A DNA stretch of 64,000 nt. Source: an uncultured delta proteobacterium. GTDB lineage: Bacteria > Desulfobacterota > Binatia > UBA9968. The translations under genes were made by a program, and so were the position numbers. The notes beneath the pieces were generated by a model that worked only from the letters and a program-made list of their open reading frames with translations, had not been told where the DNA came from and searched no databases. Where the stretch lies: NCBI GenBank assembly GCA_963755715.1, contig CAVWLW010000051.1, positions 32,001 through 96,000 of the forward strand, read 5' to 3'. Shown here piece by piece: positions 1 to 9,998 of this stretch. Each line of letters begins with the position of its first letter. The first letter of the stretch is position 1.

Positions 1-76
1 CCATTTGCCGGCGGCTCTAAGGGAAGAGCACGCTTCGCTGGCGAACCGGCTCAAAGGTTGAATCAGGGAGATATTT

Positions 77-388
77 ATGGCGCGTGGACATCACGACGTT
101 GGCGGTCTTCCGGGTGCGGGGCCGATCGATCAAGGCCAGCACGACCTTTCCGACTGGGAGATTCTCGCCGATGCCGTCAATCAGGCGCTCGGCGCCAAAG
201 GCATAAAGCGCACCGACGAAATGCGCCGCGCCCGCGAAGAAATGGACTCCGCCGCTTATCGCGATATGACTTATTACGAGCGTTGGATCGCCAGCATCGA
301 AGCCATTCTGATCGAAAAGAAAATTCTCACCGAGGACGAAATCAATCGAAAGCTGGCGCAATTCGAAACCAAGTGGGGCGAGCCGTGA
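77..388 (+). CDS. Nitrile hydratase beta N-terminal half / thiocyanate hydrolase beta (ScnB)-like subunit
   Basis: HDVGG N-terminal motif, W-E helix, DEMRRARE and Y-x-x-x-TYYERW motifs of NHase-beta N-domain; RBS GGAG at ~67-70. Confidence 0.88.
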   Translation: MARGHHDVGGLPGAGPIDQGQHDLSDWEILADAVNQALGAKGIKRTDEMRRAREEMDSAAYRDMTYYERWIASIEAILIEKKILTEDEINRKLAQFETKWGEP

Positions 389-678
389 CCGCAGCGGTCG
401 ACAAATTCAAGCCGGGTGATCGAGTCAAGGTAAAATTTGAAGACCGTCCCGGCCACATCCGAACGCCCTGGTATATTCGCGGCAAGACCGGCTGCGTTGA
501 GCGCGTTTACGGGGAATTTTTAAATCCCGAATCGCTGGCCTTTGGCCGTGATGGCCTGCCCAAAAAAACCCTTTATCTGATCGCCTTCAATCAGGTCGAT
601 GTATGGGGCGAATCGGCAAAAACACAGGATAAGGTCTTGGTCGATATCTACGAGCATTGGCTCGAACCGGTCGCATGA
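385..678 (+). CDS. Nitrile hydratase beta C-terminal SH3-like half / thiocyanate hydrolase alpha (ScnA)-like subunit
   Basis: FKPGDRVKV, GHIRTPWYIRGKTG and VDIYEHWLEP motifs; GTG at 385 overlaps the upstream TGA (GTGA), so the 58-384 extension in the ORF track is not credible. Confidence 0.87.
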   Translation: MTAAVDKFKPGDRVKVKFEDRPGHIRTPWYIRGKTGCVERVYGEFLNPESLAFGRDGLPKKTLYLIAFNQVDVWGESAKTQDKVLVDIYEHWLEPVA

Positions 679-690
679 GGAGATTTCATC

Positions 691-1320
691 GTGAGTGATT
701 TAACCAGCGACGCCCATGGTCATGAGCACCCGAAACACGAGTTGAGTGACCATGCCAAGCGCATCTATGCGATTCGGGATCTGCTGATCGAAAAAGGTGT
801 GATCACTGAGAAGGACATTCAATGCCAGATCGACTATCAGGAAGCGCGCTCGCCGGCCAACGGCGCCAAGCTCGTCGCCCGCGCGTGGGTCGATCCGGCT
901 TTCAAGGCGCGCTTCATTGCCGATCCTAAAGCCGCCTGTGCGGAACTCGGCATCGATGCCACGGCGATCAACGAATTCGTCGTTCTCGAAAACACTGAGA
1001 AGGTGCGCCACATGGTGGTTTGCACTTTATGCTCCTGTTATCCCCGGCCGATATTGGGCAGGCCGCCGGACTGGTACAAAAGCTTCAACTACCGGCAACG
1101 CGCAGTGGTCGATCCGCGCGGGGTGATGCGTGAGTTTGGCTTCGACCCGCCGGACAACGTCGAAGTGCGCGTGCATGACAGCACAGCGGACATCCGTTAT
1201 CTGGTTTTGCCGCTCCGTCCCAAAGGCACGCAGGGTTGGAGCGAAGACGACCTTGCCAAACTGGTCACGCGCGACAGTATGATCGGGGTCATGAACGCCC
1301 TGAGTTCGCTTCCTGAATAG
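691..1320 (+). CDS. nthA: Cobalt-type nitrile hydratase alpha / thiocyanate hydrolase gamma (ScnC)-like catalytic subunit
   Basis: VVCTLCSCYP metal-binding motif (T/Y = Co-type), GAKLVARAWVDPAFK, RYLVLPLRP, LVTRDSMIG; RBS GAGGAG. Confidence 0.93.
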   Translation: MSDLTSDAHGHEHPKHELSDHAKRIYAIRDLLIEKGVITEKDIQCQIDYQEARSPANGAKLVARAWVDPAFKARFIADPKAACAELGIDATAINEFVVLENTEKVRHMVVCTLCSCYPRPILGRPPDWYKSFNYRQRAVVDPRGVMREFGFDPPDNVEVRVHDSTADIRYLVLPLRPKGTQGWSEDDLAKLVTRDSMIGVMNALSSLPE

Positions 1321-1353
1321 CTCCCTTGTTTCCGCCGAATTCCTCTCAGCGCT

Positions 1354-1424
1354 AAAATCGTGAAAAAGGGCGAGCGCCGCTGGGTTACAGCCTTGGGCCG
1401 CTGCCTTTTTTTGTTGATTTTTTT
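1354..1424 (+). terminator. Probable intrinsic terminator after the NHase-like operon
   Basis: Imperfect GC stem (AAAAAGGGCGAGCG ... CGCTGCCTTTTTTT) followed by a T7 run. Confidence 0.45.
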
Positions 1425-1516
1425 GGCTACTGTTCGTACCATTTGCGATACGGCTGGGTCAAAAACATTGGAAATGATTTTAGATCCCTCGCGCGTGAAT
1501 TGAGGAAGTCTCTGTA

Positions 1517-2002
1517 ATGATTCGCCTTAAATATGCGACGACTCTGCGTTGTATTGCTCAGGATCTTGAGCTGCGCGGGCTAAAAACATTCGATATTCGC
1601 CCGAATGAACATGAATATGTCGTGGATTGCGGCTACCAGGAGCCGCCGGCTCCGACTCCGATGACGATTCATTATACGCTCAAAGATCTCGACGAGCTCG
1701 AACAAGTGGGCGCAACCAAGCGCGGCACGGCCGCGCCGGCCAAAGAGTTTCTCAATCAAGTACAAATTTTTCGCAGCATTGGTGGCTATCTCGATAAAAA
1801 TGAGGCCAAGCTGATTCGCATCACGAACAACGCCGCTACGGGCAAAGATTCGATATTCAAAGTCGAATATATCACTCGTGACGGTGAAGCAATGATCGAC
1901 GACCGAGTTGGATCGGCGCTCTACGACATGTGTGTGTCGATGTACAAGCAACGAGGAAAATTGACCGGCACCGGTGGCCGGCGATCACGTTGGCGCGGCT
2001 AG
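1517..2002 (+). CDS. Hypothetical protein with internal duplication
   Basis: 161 aa ORF with RBS GAGG; two similar halves (TLRCIAQDLE / IFRSIGGYLD). Confidence 0.75.
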   Translation: MIRLKYATTLRCIAQDLELRGLKTFDIRPNEHEYVVDCGYQEPPAPTPMTIHYTLKDLDELEQVGATKRGTAAPAKEFLNQVQIFRSIGGYLDKNEAKLIRITNNAATGKDSIFKVEYITRDGEAMIDDRVGSALYDMCVSMYKQRGKLTGTGGRRSRWRG

Positions 2003-2072
2003 ATTTCGACGATTTTCGACAAAGGATAAACGGCTCGGCAGGAATCCTTCTTCTGCCCGGCGGCCTTAAAAC

Positions 2073-2576
2073 TTGGACACAACGCCTGATTACTATTCGT
2101 TACTCGGTCTAAAACGCGGGGCAAGCGCGGAGGAAGTTAAGCGGGCTTACCGCAAGGCGGTGTTTCGTTACCACCCGGACCGCAATCCCGGCGACGACGA
2201 AGCCGCCGGCAAATTTAAACAGGTCTTGGACGCCTACGAGGTCTTATCGGATAACAAGAAGCGGGCTAACTACGATGAAGTCACGCATACCGGTGAAGCC
2301 GAGGAAGAGGAAGTCGAAGAAGAGCAAACCGAGCCGAACGAAGCAAAGTCCGGCGATGGCCAAGCCCACGGCTTTCACTTCACGCAAGATTTCAAGCAAA
2401 AAATCGAACCGGAGCCAAAATGTCCTTCCTGTTCCGCCGTGGGAACCGATCATATCATCTCGCGCAAGGGTGGCGCGGCCTCAGCACGCGGTAAGCAATT
2501 CGTCCTGGCGCCTTTTAGCGTAATTTTCTGCAACGCCTGTGGCCACGTCTATGGCGTGACGCCAAGCGCTTCCTGA
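2073..2576 (+). CDS. J-domain (DnaJ class III) protein with C-terminal zinc ribbon
   Basis: DYYSLLGL...YRK...YHPDRN...AYEVLSD J-domain; CPSC ... CNACG. Confidence 0.88.
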   Translation: MDTTPDYYSLLGLKRGASAEEVKRAYRKAVFRYHPDRNPGDDEAAGKFKQVLDAYEVLSDNKKRANYDEVTHTGEAEEEEVEEEQTEPNEAKSGDGQAHGFHFTQDFKQKIEPEPKCPSCSAVGTDHIISRKGGAASARGKQFVLAPFSVIFCNACGHVYGVTPSAS

Positions 2577-2771
2577 TCGCATCTCACACTCGCCGCTCAG
2601 CATTTTTTCGGAGAAGACATGACGCGGGCGCTCTCCAGTTTGCTTGCGCAGATCGCGTTCGCGCGCAACGACCCCATGCTCGGCAGATAAATCAGCACCC
2701 GGTATGAAACGGCTCGGTGAAATTTTAGCTGCGCTAGACGAAGCGTTGATCCCGTCTGGGTTCTTACCGGT

Positions 2772-3533
2772 TCAATGCATCACGCCGCCGCCTTCGACAA
2801 CCAGCAGTTGGCCGGTAATGAAGTCGCTGTCAGAGCTCGCCAAGAACAACGCCGTGCCGACGATATCGGCGGGAGTTTCGATGCGCCGAAAGGCGCGCTT
2901 GTCGACGCTGCCCTCGCGTCGTTTTAGCACTTCGTCCGATACCGATTCTTCGCTCATGGTCGAGCCCGGCGTCATGCAGTTGACGTTGATGCCCCATTCG
3001 CCCAACTGGCGAGCCATCACGCGCGTCAGCGCAACCACGCCGCCTTTGGCGGTCGTGTAGTGCGGCATGTTGCCGGAGCCGCTAAAGAAAGTGCCCGAGG
3101 CGATATTGATGATCTTGCCGCTCTTTTGCTGTTTCATGATCGGGATCACCGCCTTGCTGCACAAGAATACGCCTTTCAAGTTGACTTCGATGACCCGATC
3201 CCATTCTTCCAGCGCCAGTTCTTCCACCGGGCCCTTCCACAATTTCTGGGTGACGTAAATCGCCGCGTTGTTGAGCAGCACGTCGACGCGGCCATATTTT
3301 TTTACGGTCTCGCGCATCAAACCTTCGACGTTCGGCAAGCTGCGCACATCGGTGTGACGCGCCCACGCCGAGCCACCGCTATCGGCGATCGCTTTGGCCG
3401 TCGCTTCTCCGCCGCCAGCGTCGATGTCGGCAACGACGACGTGAGCGCCTTCTTCGGCGAAGCGCCGAGCGTATGCTTTGCCGATGCCGTGGGCGGCGCC
3501 GGTGATGACGGTGACTTTGTCTTTCAAGCGCAT
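2772..3533 (-). CDS. Short-chain dehydrogenase/reductase (SDR)
   Basis: TGAAHGIG, NNAA and YTTAK motifs; ATG at 3533 follows GGAGG. Confidence 0.92.
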   Translation of the reverse strand: MRLKDKVTVITGAAHGIGKAYARRFAEEGAHVVVADIDAGGGEATAKAIADSGGSAWARHTDVRSLPNVEGLMRETVKKYGRVDVLLNNAAIYVTQKLWKGPVEELALEEWDRVIEVNLKGVFLCSKAVIPIMKQQKSGKIINIASGTFFSGSGNMPHYTTAKGGVVALTRVMARQLGEWGINVNCMTPGSTMSEESVSDEVLKRREGSVDKRAFRRIETPADIVGTALFLASSDSDFITGQLLVVEGGGVMH

Positions 3534-3593
3534 GAGACCTCCATCGCGACGGATCGCCGATGAGCGAACTGAGCAAACCAATTTGCGAGGAGT

Positions 3594-4472
3594 TTAAGTA
3601 AAGCTCGGCGTCCTGCCGTCTAACAAACTTTCCAGCCGCGCCGAAGGAAAACGAAGCCCGACAAAAAAAGTGCCGAACAGGCCGTAAACGGCGCTGGCTT
3701 CGTCGAAGCGCATTTCATAAACGAGCTTTTTAAAAACCAACGGATCGTCGGCAAAAAGATCGACGCCCCATTCCCAGTCATCGAAGCCGATGGATCCGGA
3801 AATGATCTGGGTCACGCGCCCGGCGTAGTGGCGGCCGATCATGCCGTGCTCGCGCATCATTCTTTGCCGCTCGCGAATCGGCTCGCTGTACCAGTTCTTG
3901 GTCTCGCCGCGGAATTTGTTCATCGGGTAAAAGCACAGATAACGGCGCTGGGGAATCTCCGGCCACAAGCGCGCCGCCGCCGCTTGGCGCTGTGTGGCCA
4001 ACTCCGTTTCGACTGCTCTGTTCCATTCCGCCGTGCCGTGCTGAAGTCCCTGCGCCGTCAGGTCGGCGTAGAGTTTTACCGAAGCTTCGTACAGTCCCAG
4101 CTCGACCACGGAGAAATAAGAAGTCGTGGGCTCGATATACTCGTTAAGCTCGGTGCGGGCGACGGTCAACTCGGCATGGTTGATCTCATCGAGCGTCTTA
4201 CGAAAATGGACGATCATCAGATCGCCTTTGTGGCCCAGCAGCGAAAACAGACCGGTGGGCTCTTGCTTGTTTTCTTCCATGGCACCGAACGTTGCTACGG
4301 CGCCGGTCAGAACATGCTTTTTTTCCGAGCCGAGCGCGCGCCAGGCGGTCCAGCGCACGCGGAACATCTGATGCAGGATAAACGATCCGTCGAGAGTCAG
4401 CGGGGTGGGCGGCAAATCGCCGGTTGGCTTGCTCGTCGGTGGGCGCTCCATGGGATTCGATTCGACCATCAT
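3594..4472 (-). CDS. hemQ: Coproheme decarboxylase (ChdC/HemQ, chlorite dismutase family)
   Basis: PLTLDG...LHQ N-terminus, CFYPMNK (catalytic Tyr/Lys), EHGMIGR (proximal His), QIISGSIGFDDWEWGV, VYEMRFDEASA. Confidence 0.85.
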   Translation of the reverse strand: MMVESNPMERPPTSKPTGDLPPTPLTLDGSFILHQMFRVRWTAWRALGSEKKHVLTGAVATFGAMEENKQEPTGLFSLLGHKGDLMIVHFRKTLDEINHAELTVARTELNEYIEPTTSYFSVVELGLYEASVKLYADLTAQGLQHGTAEWNRAVETELATQRQAAAARLWPEIPQRRYLCFYPMNKFRGETKNWYSEPIRERQRMMREHGMIGRHYAGRVTQIISGSIGFDDWEWGVDLFADDPLVFKKLVYEMRFDEASAVYGLFGTFFVGLRFPSARLESLLDGRTPSFT

Positions 4473-4473
4473 G

Positions 4474-5115
4474 CTATGTCGGCTGCGGCGAAGATCCGTT
4501 TGGCGCGGGCTGATCGGGTTTGACGCCGCGCATTTTATTTCGCAGCGCTTGGAAACCGCGCTTGGCTAAACGGTAAATCTTGGGCACCAGCCATGCCACC
4601 AGCGCGAGAAAAACCAGCACCAGGATGATCATGACGATCGGGTGATTGAACATCAGCCAGAGACTGCCGAAGACGGTCAAGTCTTCGGTAATGCTCGCGG
4701 CCCAGTTGCTGAACGGCTCCGGGCTTGCATTGATGGCCAGGCGCGCCGTCGCTTTGGTGCCGTGGGCGATGAGTGCGATCGAACCACCGGCTAGCAAGGC
4801 CATCAATTCCAACGCCGGATTCAGGTCGCCGAGCGAGCGCGCCGCCAAGATCGCGCCAGCGGGCACGCGAATAAATGTATGGAGGGCATCCCAGCCGGTA
4901 TCGAGGTACGGCACTTTGTCGGCGAAAAATTCGATGAAGTACATGATGCAGGCGATGGCGATAACACCGGGATGGGACAGCACTTCGAGGTTTTGCGGCA
5001 ACTGGATCATCTCGAGCCGATTGGCGATGCCCAGCGCGGCCACCGTGGCGTAAAGATTGATGCCCGAGGTCCAAGCGGTGCCCATCGCCAGACTTAATGC
5101 TTCAATTGTGCCCAT
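4474..5115 (-). CDS. DUF4126 family membrane protein
   Basis: SGINLYA, EFFADKVPYLD-x-x-WD-x-LHTFIR, SPEPFSNW...ED motifs. Confidence 0.85.
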   Translation of the reverse strand: MGTIEALSLAMGTAWTSGINLYATVAALGIANRLEMIQLPQNLEVLSHPGVIAIACIMYFIEFFADKVPYLDTGWDALHTFIRVPAGAILAARSLGDLNPALELMALLAGGSIALIAHGTKATARLAINASPEPFSNWAASITEDLTVFGSLWLMFNHPIVMIILVLVFLALVAWLVPKIYRLAKRGFQALRNKMRGVKPDQPAPNGSSPQPT

Positions 5116-5215
5116 AGATTGACTCCGATTCCGGCCGTTGGCGGCCAGGGTATACAGTTTTGACGTTGCCGCGGGTCAAACCATATCACTCGCCGGACGT
5201 TGTCGAAAACAATCG

Positions 5216-6647
5216 CTAAATCTTAAACTTGTCGGCGATCTGCTGCTTGTATTCCTTGGTAAAGGCATTGACCGCCGGGAATTGATCGAGCCATTTAAAC
5301 GGCCGGCAAGCATCGATCAGCACGCGATCGGTGGTATAGCCGCGCGGCGAGCGCTCTTCCGGTGGCAGGGCCGGCTCGCACACCGACGCCCATACGCCTT
5401 TGACGATATCGAGATCCTCACGCACGTGGCAACGCGTGGCGATCGCCCAGATGACGTCCGCGGGATTGGTAATATCGATATCGTCATCGACCACGACGAC
5501 GAACTTGCCGCCGTAGGCGCCGGCGCGCGCTCCGGCAGCGACCAGCAGGGCTTGCTTCGAGTGACCCGGCATAGCGCTGCTTGATGGAAACCACAGTAAA
5601 CGGGCCGGGCTGGCCGCCGTAAACAAAACCCCAAACGCCTTTCACTTCGGGGATGCCGGCCTTTTCGAGCTGTTCCCATAGCGTCGCGGCGCCGAGCGGG
5701 ATCGGCAGATAACTTGATGGCGGTTTGAGCGGCGGCGCGCCGAGCAGAATCGGGTTGTTGCGGTAATACACGCGCTTGACTTCCATAAGCGGCGTCTCGC
5801 CGACGTTTGCTTCGGTAAAATAACCCGGCCATTCGCCGAACGGACCTTCCTTTGGCATCTCTTCGTCTTTCATCGGCAGGATCTCGCCTTCGAGGACGAT
5901 CTCCGCATTCGCCGGAATCGGCAAGCCGGTCGCCGCGCCGCGCACGACCGGCACCGGCGAGCCTTGCAGATAGCCGGCAAACTCGAATTCATTCACGTCC
6001 GGCGGCAAGGGCATCTGCGCGGCAAGAAAAATCGCCGGACCTTGGCACAGAGTGATTGCCACAGGCAATGACTTGCCGGCATCGCGCGCCCGTTCGAAGG
6101 CGAGGCGGCCGTGCTTGCCCATATTCATTTTCACCGAAACGTGATTCTTGTCTTGGACCATGACGCGATAGGTGCCGATGTTGACCGCGCCCGTTTCTGG
6201 ATCTTTAGTAATGATGCCGCAACCGGTGCCGATATATGGACCGCCGTCCAAGTCATGCCAGTTCGGCACGGGAAACTTGTAGAGATCGACGTCGTTTCCC
6301 GCCATTTGGTTTTCCAGCACCGGGCCGCCTTCCAATTGATTGACGGGCACGGGCTTATAAGCCGCGAGTTTTTTGCGCCAGGCATAAAGATAGTCGATGC
6401 CGTTTTCTTCGTTGATGCCCATCGCCGGGCCGGTGCGCTTGCAGGTGCGAAATACGTTGGAGATCACCCGGAAGCCCGCCGGATAATCTTTGAAATTGCT
6501 GAACAGCAAGGCCGGCCCTTCTTTGTCGGCGGCCAGCTCCGTCAGCGCGCCCACTTCCGTTTTCAAGTCCGCGCCATCGATGTGGCGCAGCTCGCCCATC
6601 CCCTCAAGCACGTCGATGTATCCTCTCATGTCAGTGACGTCCGTCAT
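5216..6647 (-). CDS. UbiD-family prFMN-dependent (de)carboxylase; one frameshift near 5566
   Basis: DGGPYI, NIGTYR and EGPFGEWPGY in the 5' part; VVVVDDDID, VIWAIATR and VLIDAC in the 3' part; removing one C from the CCC run at 5565-5567 restores ...KQRYAGHSKQA... Confidence 0.88.
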
Positions 6648-6669
6648 TAAAACCTCCTAAGATGACGCT

Positions 6670-6700
6670 CATACTAGGTTGGCAGGAAAAGGGAGTCAAC
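6670..6700 (-). promoter_or_regulatory. Sigma70-type promoter for the UbiD-family gene
   Basis: Minus strand TTGACT-N17-TAGTAT upstream of the GGAGG RBS. Confidence 0.5.
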
Positions 6701-6791
6701 CAACTGGACCGTGTAAATCATTTTGCGCCAGACACAACCGTGTCGGCTTTGGCGCGATCTCGCGATCCACTCCAGCATTGGCTCCGCTCCG

Positions 6792-6837
6792 TTGACGGCT
6801 TCCTTGTCATTGCGTATGTTGCAAGCAATAATTGCTT
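6792..6837 (+). promoter_or_regulatory. Sigma70 promoter plus palindromic operator upstream of the amidohydrolase
   Basis: TTGACG-N17-TATGTT (6792-6820), then AAGCAAT-A-ATTGCTT (6823-6837). Confidence 0.55.
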
Positions 6838-6890
6838 ATCGCCAAAAAATAACCGGCCCCCAAGGCCATTAACGATTCACGGAGGACCTT

Positions 6891-8588
6891 ATGGCATACG
6901 ATCTGATAGTTCGCGGCGGTCGCGTCGTCGATGGCTCCGGACTGCCGTCTTACGTCGCCGATGTCGGCGTCAAGGATGGTAAAATTGCCGAAGTAGGCCG
7001 CCTCAAAGACGGCGCCGCGAGGACGATCGATGCGACGGGGCTGGCGGTCGCACCGGGCTTTATCGATCACCACACCCACTTAGATGCGCAAATGCTATGG
7101 GATCCCTACGGCACCTGTGAGCCGCAGCATGGGATTACATCGGTCGTGATGGGCAACTGCGGTCTTTCGTTGGCGCCGCGTAGAGCGGGGATCGAAGATG
7201 CGATCGTCAAGAGCTTCGTGCGCGTGGAAGCGATGCCGCGGATCGCTTTGGAGCAGGGCGTCAAATGGAACTGGAACAGCTATGGCGAGTATCTCGATAA
7301 CTTCGAGGGCAAAGTCGGGATCAATGTCGGCGGTCTAGTCGGCCATATCGCCGTGCGTCATAATGCCATGGGCGAGGAAGCAGTCGAGCGCAGCGCCACT
7401 GGAGCCGAAGTGCAAAAGATGCGCGGCCTGGTGTTGGAAGCCATGGAAGGCGGCGCGCTGGGAATGTCGACGAACCGCAACGACCGCCATATGCGCGAGG
7501 ACGGCAAGCCGGTGGCCAGTCGTTTGGCGGATGACGAAGAATTTTTTGCCCTGTGCGACGTCTTAGCCGAACGTAATGCCGGCGTGATCGAAACCATTCT
7601 TGGCCGCAACAAGATCGAGCACTTCAAGTGGTACCACGAATTGGCCAAGCGCACGCAGCGGCCGATTCTCTGGCAAAGCTTGCAACACCGCTGGGCCGAG
7701 CCCAATCTCTGGCGCGAACAGCTGGACGCGGTCGAGCCGATCTTCAAGGCCGGCTATCAGGCCTACGGTTTATCGCATACCGTGCCGCTCGTGCGGCATT
7801 TTACGCTTAAGGATTGCCAAATCTTCGACGAATTCCCGACCTGGAAGAATTTGATGTTCCTACCGGTGGAAGTGCGCAAGCAAGCGTTCGCCGATGCCGA
7901 CACCCGGCGAAAACTCCAGGCCGAGCTCAGCGATTCGCGGCCGACCAACTTCCATAAACGCTGGGACATTCCGAAGGTCGAAAAAACATTCAAGCCGGAA
8001 AACCAAAAATACGTCGGCAAGACCATCGCCGAATTAGCCGCGATGCGAAACCAATCGCCATTGGATGCATTCCTCGATCTCGCGCTGGAAGAGGACCTGG
8101 AGACGATTTTTTGGAACGCCAACAACGGCGGAGATTGGAACGCGATGGGCGAGATCTTGCGCAGCCCCTATGTTCTCATCGGCACTTCGGACGCCGGTGC
8201 CCACGTGTTGTTTGGCGCCGACTTTGGCTACGGCACGATTCTGCTCGGCTTGTGGGTGCGCGAGCGCCAGGTGATGACGCTCGAGCAGGCTGTTCATAAA
8301 TTAACTTTCCATCCCGCTTCGATCTTCGGCCTCCAGGGCCGCGGCTTGTTGCGTTCCGGCTATGCGGCAGATATTGCGATCTTTGATCCCAAGACGGTTA
8401 ACGCCGAGGAGCCGGAGTGGGCCAACGATTTTCCAGCCAATACCAAACGAATGGTCCAGCGCTCGGTCGGTATGCACTACACGATCGTTAACGGCACCGT
8501 CATCAATGATGAGGGACGGATGACCGGCGACCTGCCGGGGCAGGTCCTTCGCGGTCCGCTTTATCGCCAGCAGAAAGCCGCGGCGTAA
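6891..8588 (+). CDS. N-acyl-D-amino-acid deacylase-like amidohydrolase
   Basis: GGRVVDGSG, APGFIDHHTH, VVMGNCG, SDAGAH and RG-L-GYAADIAIFDP motifs. Confidence 0.9.
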   Translation: MAYDLIVRGGRVVDGSGLPSYVADVGVKDGKIAEVGRLKDGAARTIDATGLAVAPGFIDHHTHLDAQMLWDPYGTCEPQHGITSVVMGNCGLSLAPRRAGIEDAIVKSFVRVEAMPRIALEQGVKWNWNSYGEYLDNFEGKVGINVGGLVGHIAVRHNAMGEEAVERSATGAEVQKMRGLVLEAMEGGALGMSTNRNDRHMREDGKPVASRLADDEEFFALCDVLAERNAGVIETILGRNKIEHFKWYHELAKRTQRPILWQSLQHRWAEPNLWREQLDAVEPIFKAGYQAYGLSHTVPLVRHFTLKDCQIFDEFPTWKNLMFLPVEVRKQAFADADTRRKLQAELSDSRPTNFHKRWDIPKVEKTFKPENQKYVGKTIAELAAMRNQSPLDAFLDLALEEDLETIFWNANNGGDWNAMGEILRSPYVLIGTSDAGAHVLFGADFGYGTILLGLWVRERQVMTLEQAVHKLTFHPASIFGLQGRGLLRSGYAADIAIFDPKTVNAEEPEWANDFPANTKRMVQRSVGMHYTIVNGTVINDEGRMTGDLPGQVLRGPLYRQQKAAA

Positions 8589-8592
8589 CCGG

Positions 8593-8916
8593 ATGGGAGT
8601 CAGTTATATTCCGGTTGCCCGCGCCGGTGAATTAACTCCCGGCGGCATGAAGGAAGTCGACCTCGGCGGACGCCAGGTGCTCTTGGCGTTCGTCGAGGGA
8701 AAATACTTTGCCTTTTCTAGACAATGCCCGCATGAAGAAGCTGATCTAAAAACCGCCGGCCAGCTTCTCGATGGCGGCAAGATTCGCTGCAACAATCATA
8801 GTTATTGTTACGATCTCAGTTCCGGCGAGTGCACGCTGCCCAAAGGCGCGGCGCCGCTGACGGTTTTGCCCGCTGAAGAACGAGGCGAAGAAATCTGTAT
8901 TCGCCTCGAATGGTAA
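8593..8916 (+). CDS. Rieske [2Fe-2S] ferredoxin
   Basis: CPH ... CNNH ligand pairs; 107 aa. Confidence 0.88.
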   Translation: MGVSYIPVARAGELTPGGMKEVDLGGRQVLLAFVEGKYFAFSRQCPHEEADLKTAGQLLDGGKIRCNNHSYCYDLSSGECTLPKGAAPLTVLPAEERGEEICIRLEW

Positions 8917-9073
8917 CACCCCCGATTTTCTCCCGTGCGCCGCCGGTCGTTGTAACCGGGTCCACGTACGCGCTCGATGAGTGATTCCTTCCCGACTCTA
9001 GCCAATCCGCGCAAGAAAGGGTAAATTTCCAACGAGTTTCTTTTGAAACGAGCAAGCTCGCCCGATTTACAAC

Positions 9074-9998
9074 ATGCACAAACAAAGATTAAAATTTCCC
9101 GATGGTGCGACGCCCGGCCGCGCCGTGCGGTCGTTAGTGGCCTTTGTGCTCGTGCTCGCATCACTCGTCGTTGGCCGGAGCGCGGAGGGTCAAGACAAGA
9201 GTCTCTTGTGGAAAATCAGCGATGATAAAAACAGCGTCTTTCTCTTGGGCTCGATTCATTATTTACGCAAAAAGAATTATCCTCTGAATCAGGCCATCCT
9301 GGATGCGTTCGACGGCAGTAAAACCCTCGTATTGGAAATCGACCTCAACAGCACGGCCGCCGAAGCAGCCCAGCGCTTAACTCTGGAAAAGGCGGTTTAT
9401 CGGGACGGCACAACTTTGGCGCAGAATGTCGCGCCAGAGACCTATCAACTGGCCGCGCAACGCGCCAAGGAGCTCGGCGTCGACATGCGCATCATGAACC
9501 CGATGAAGCCGTGGTTTGTGGCGCTGACACTGGTGGCGATCAAGCTGCAGTCACTGGGATTGGACGCCAACTCGGGCGTCGATCGCTATCTCGCGCAGCG
9601 CGCAAAAAACAACGGCAAAGCGACCCGTGGACTGGAGACGCTCGAATTCCAAATTGGGTCTATTGGACCAATTGCCGAAAACCGACCAAGAACAGATGCT
9701 GCGCGAAACCGTGCGTGAACTGGATCTGCTGGATAAGAATATCGATGAAATCGTGCAGTCCTGGGCGAAAGGGGACGTCGACCTGTTGGCCAGGCTCTTA
9801 CTGGCAGGCATGAAAGAGTATCCGGAAGTTTATCAAAGGATTGTCGTCGAGCGGAATCGCCGCTGGCTGCCGGAGATTGAAAAATTGATTCATGACGGAA
9901 GCGGCGCGATGCTCGTGGTGGGAGCGGCGCATCTGGTGGGACAGGACGGCGTGATTGAGATGTTGAAAGCGAAGGGTTATCGCGTGGAGCAAAAGTGA
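9074..9998 (+). CDS. TraB/GumN family protein; one frameshift near 9652
   Basis: LLWKIS, FLLGSIH, GVD, GLET-EFQ, ERN-RW and VVGAAHLVG motifs across two ORFs; one extra A in CAAATTG. Confidence 0.87.

Noticed and set aside
58-384. 206 aa ORF read as a full-length NHase beta subunit
   Set aside because: The first 109 aa are an Arg-rich shadow frame of the 77-388 gene; homology starts at the GTG at 385.
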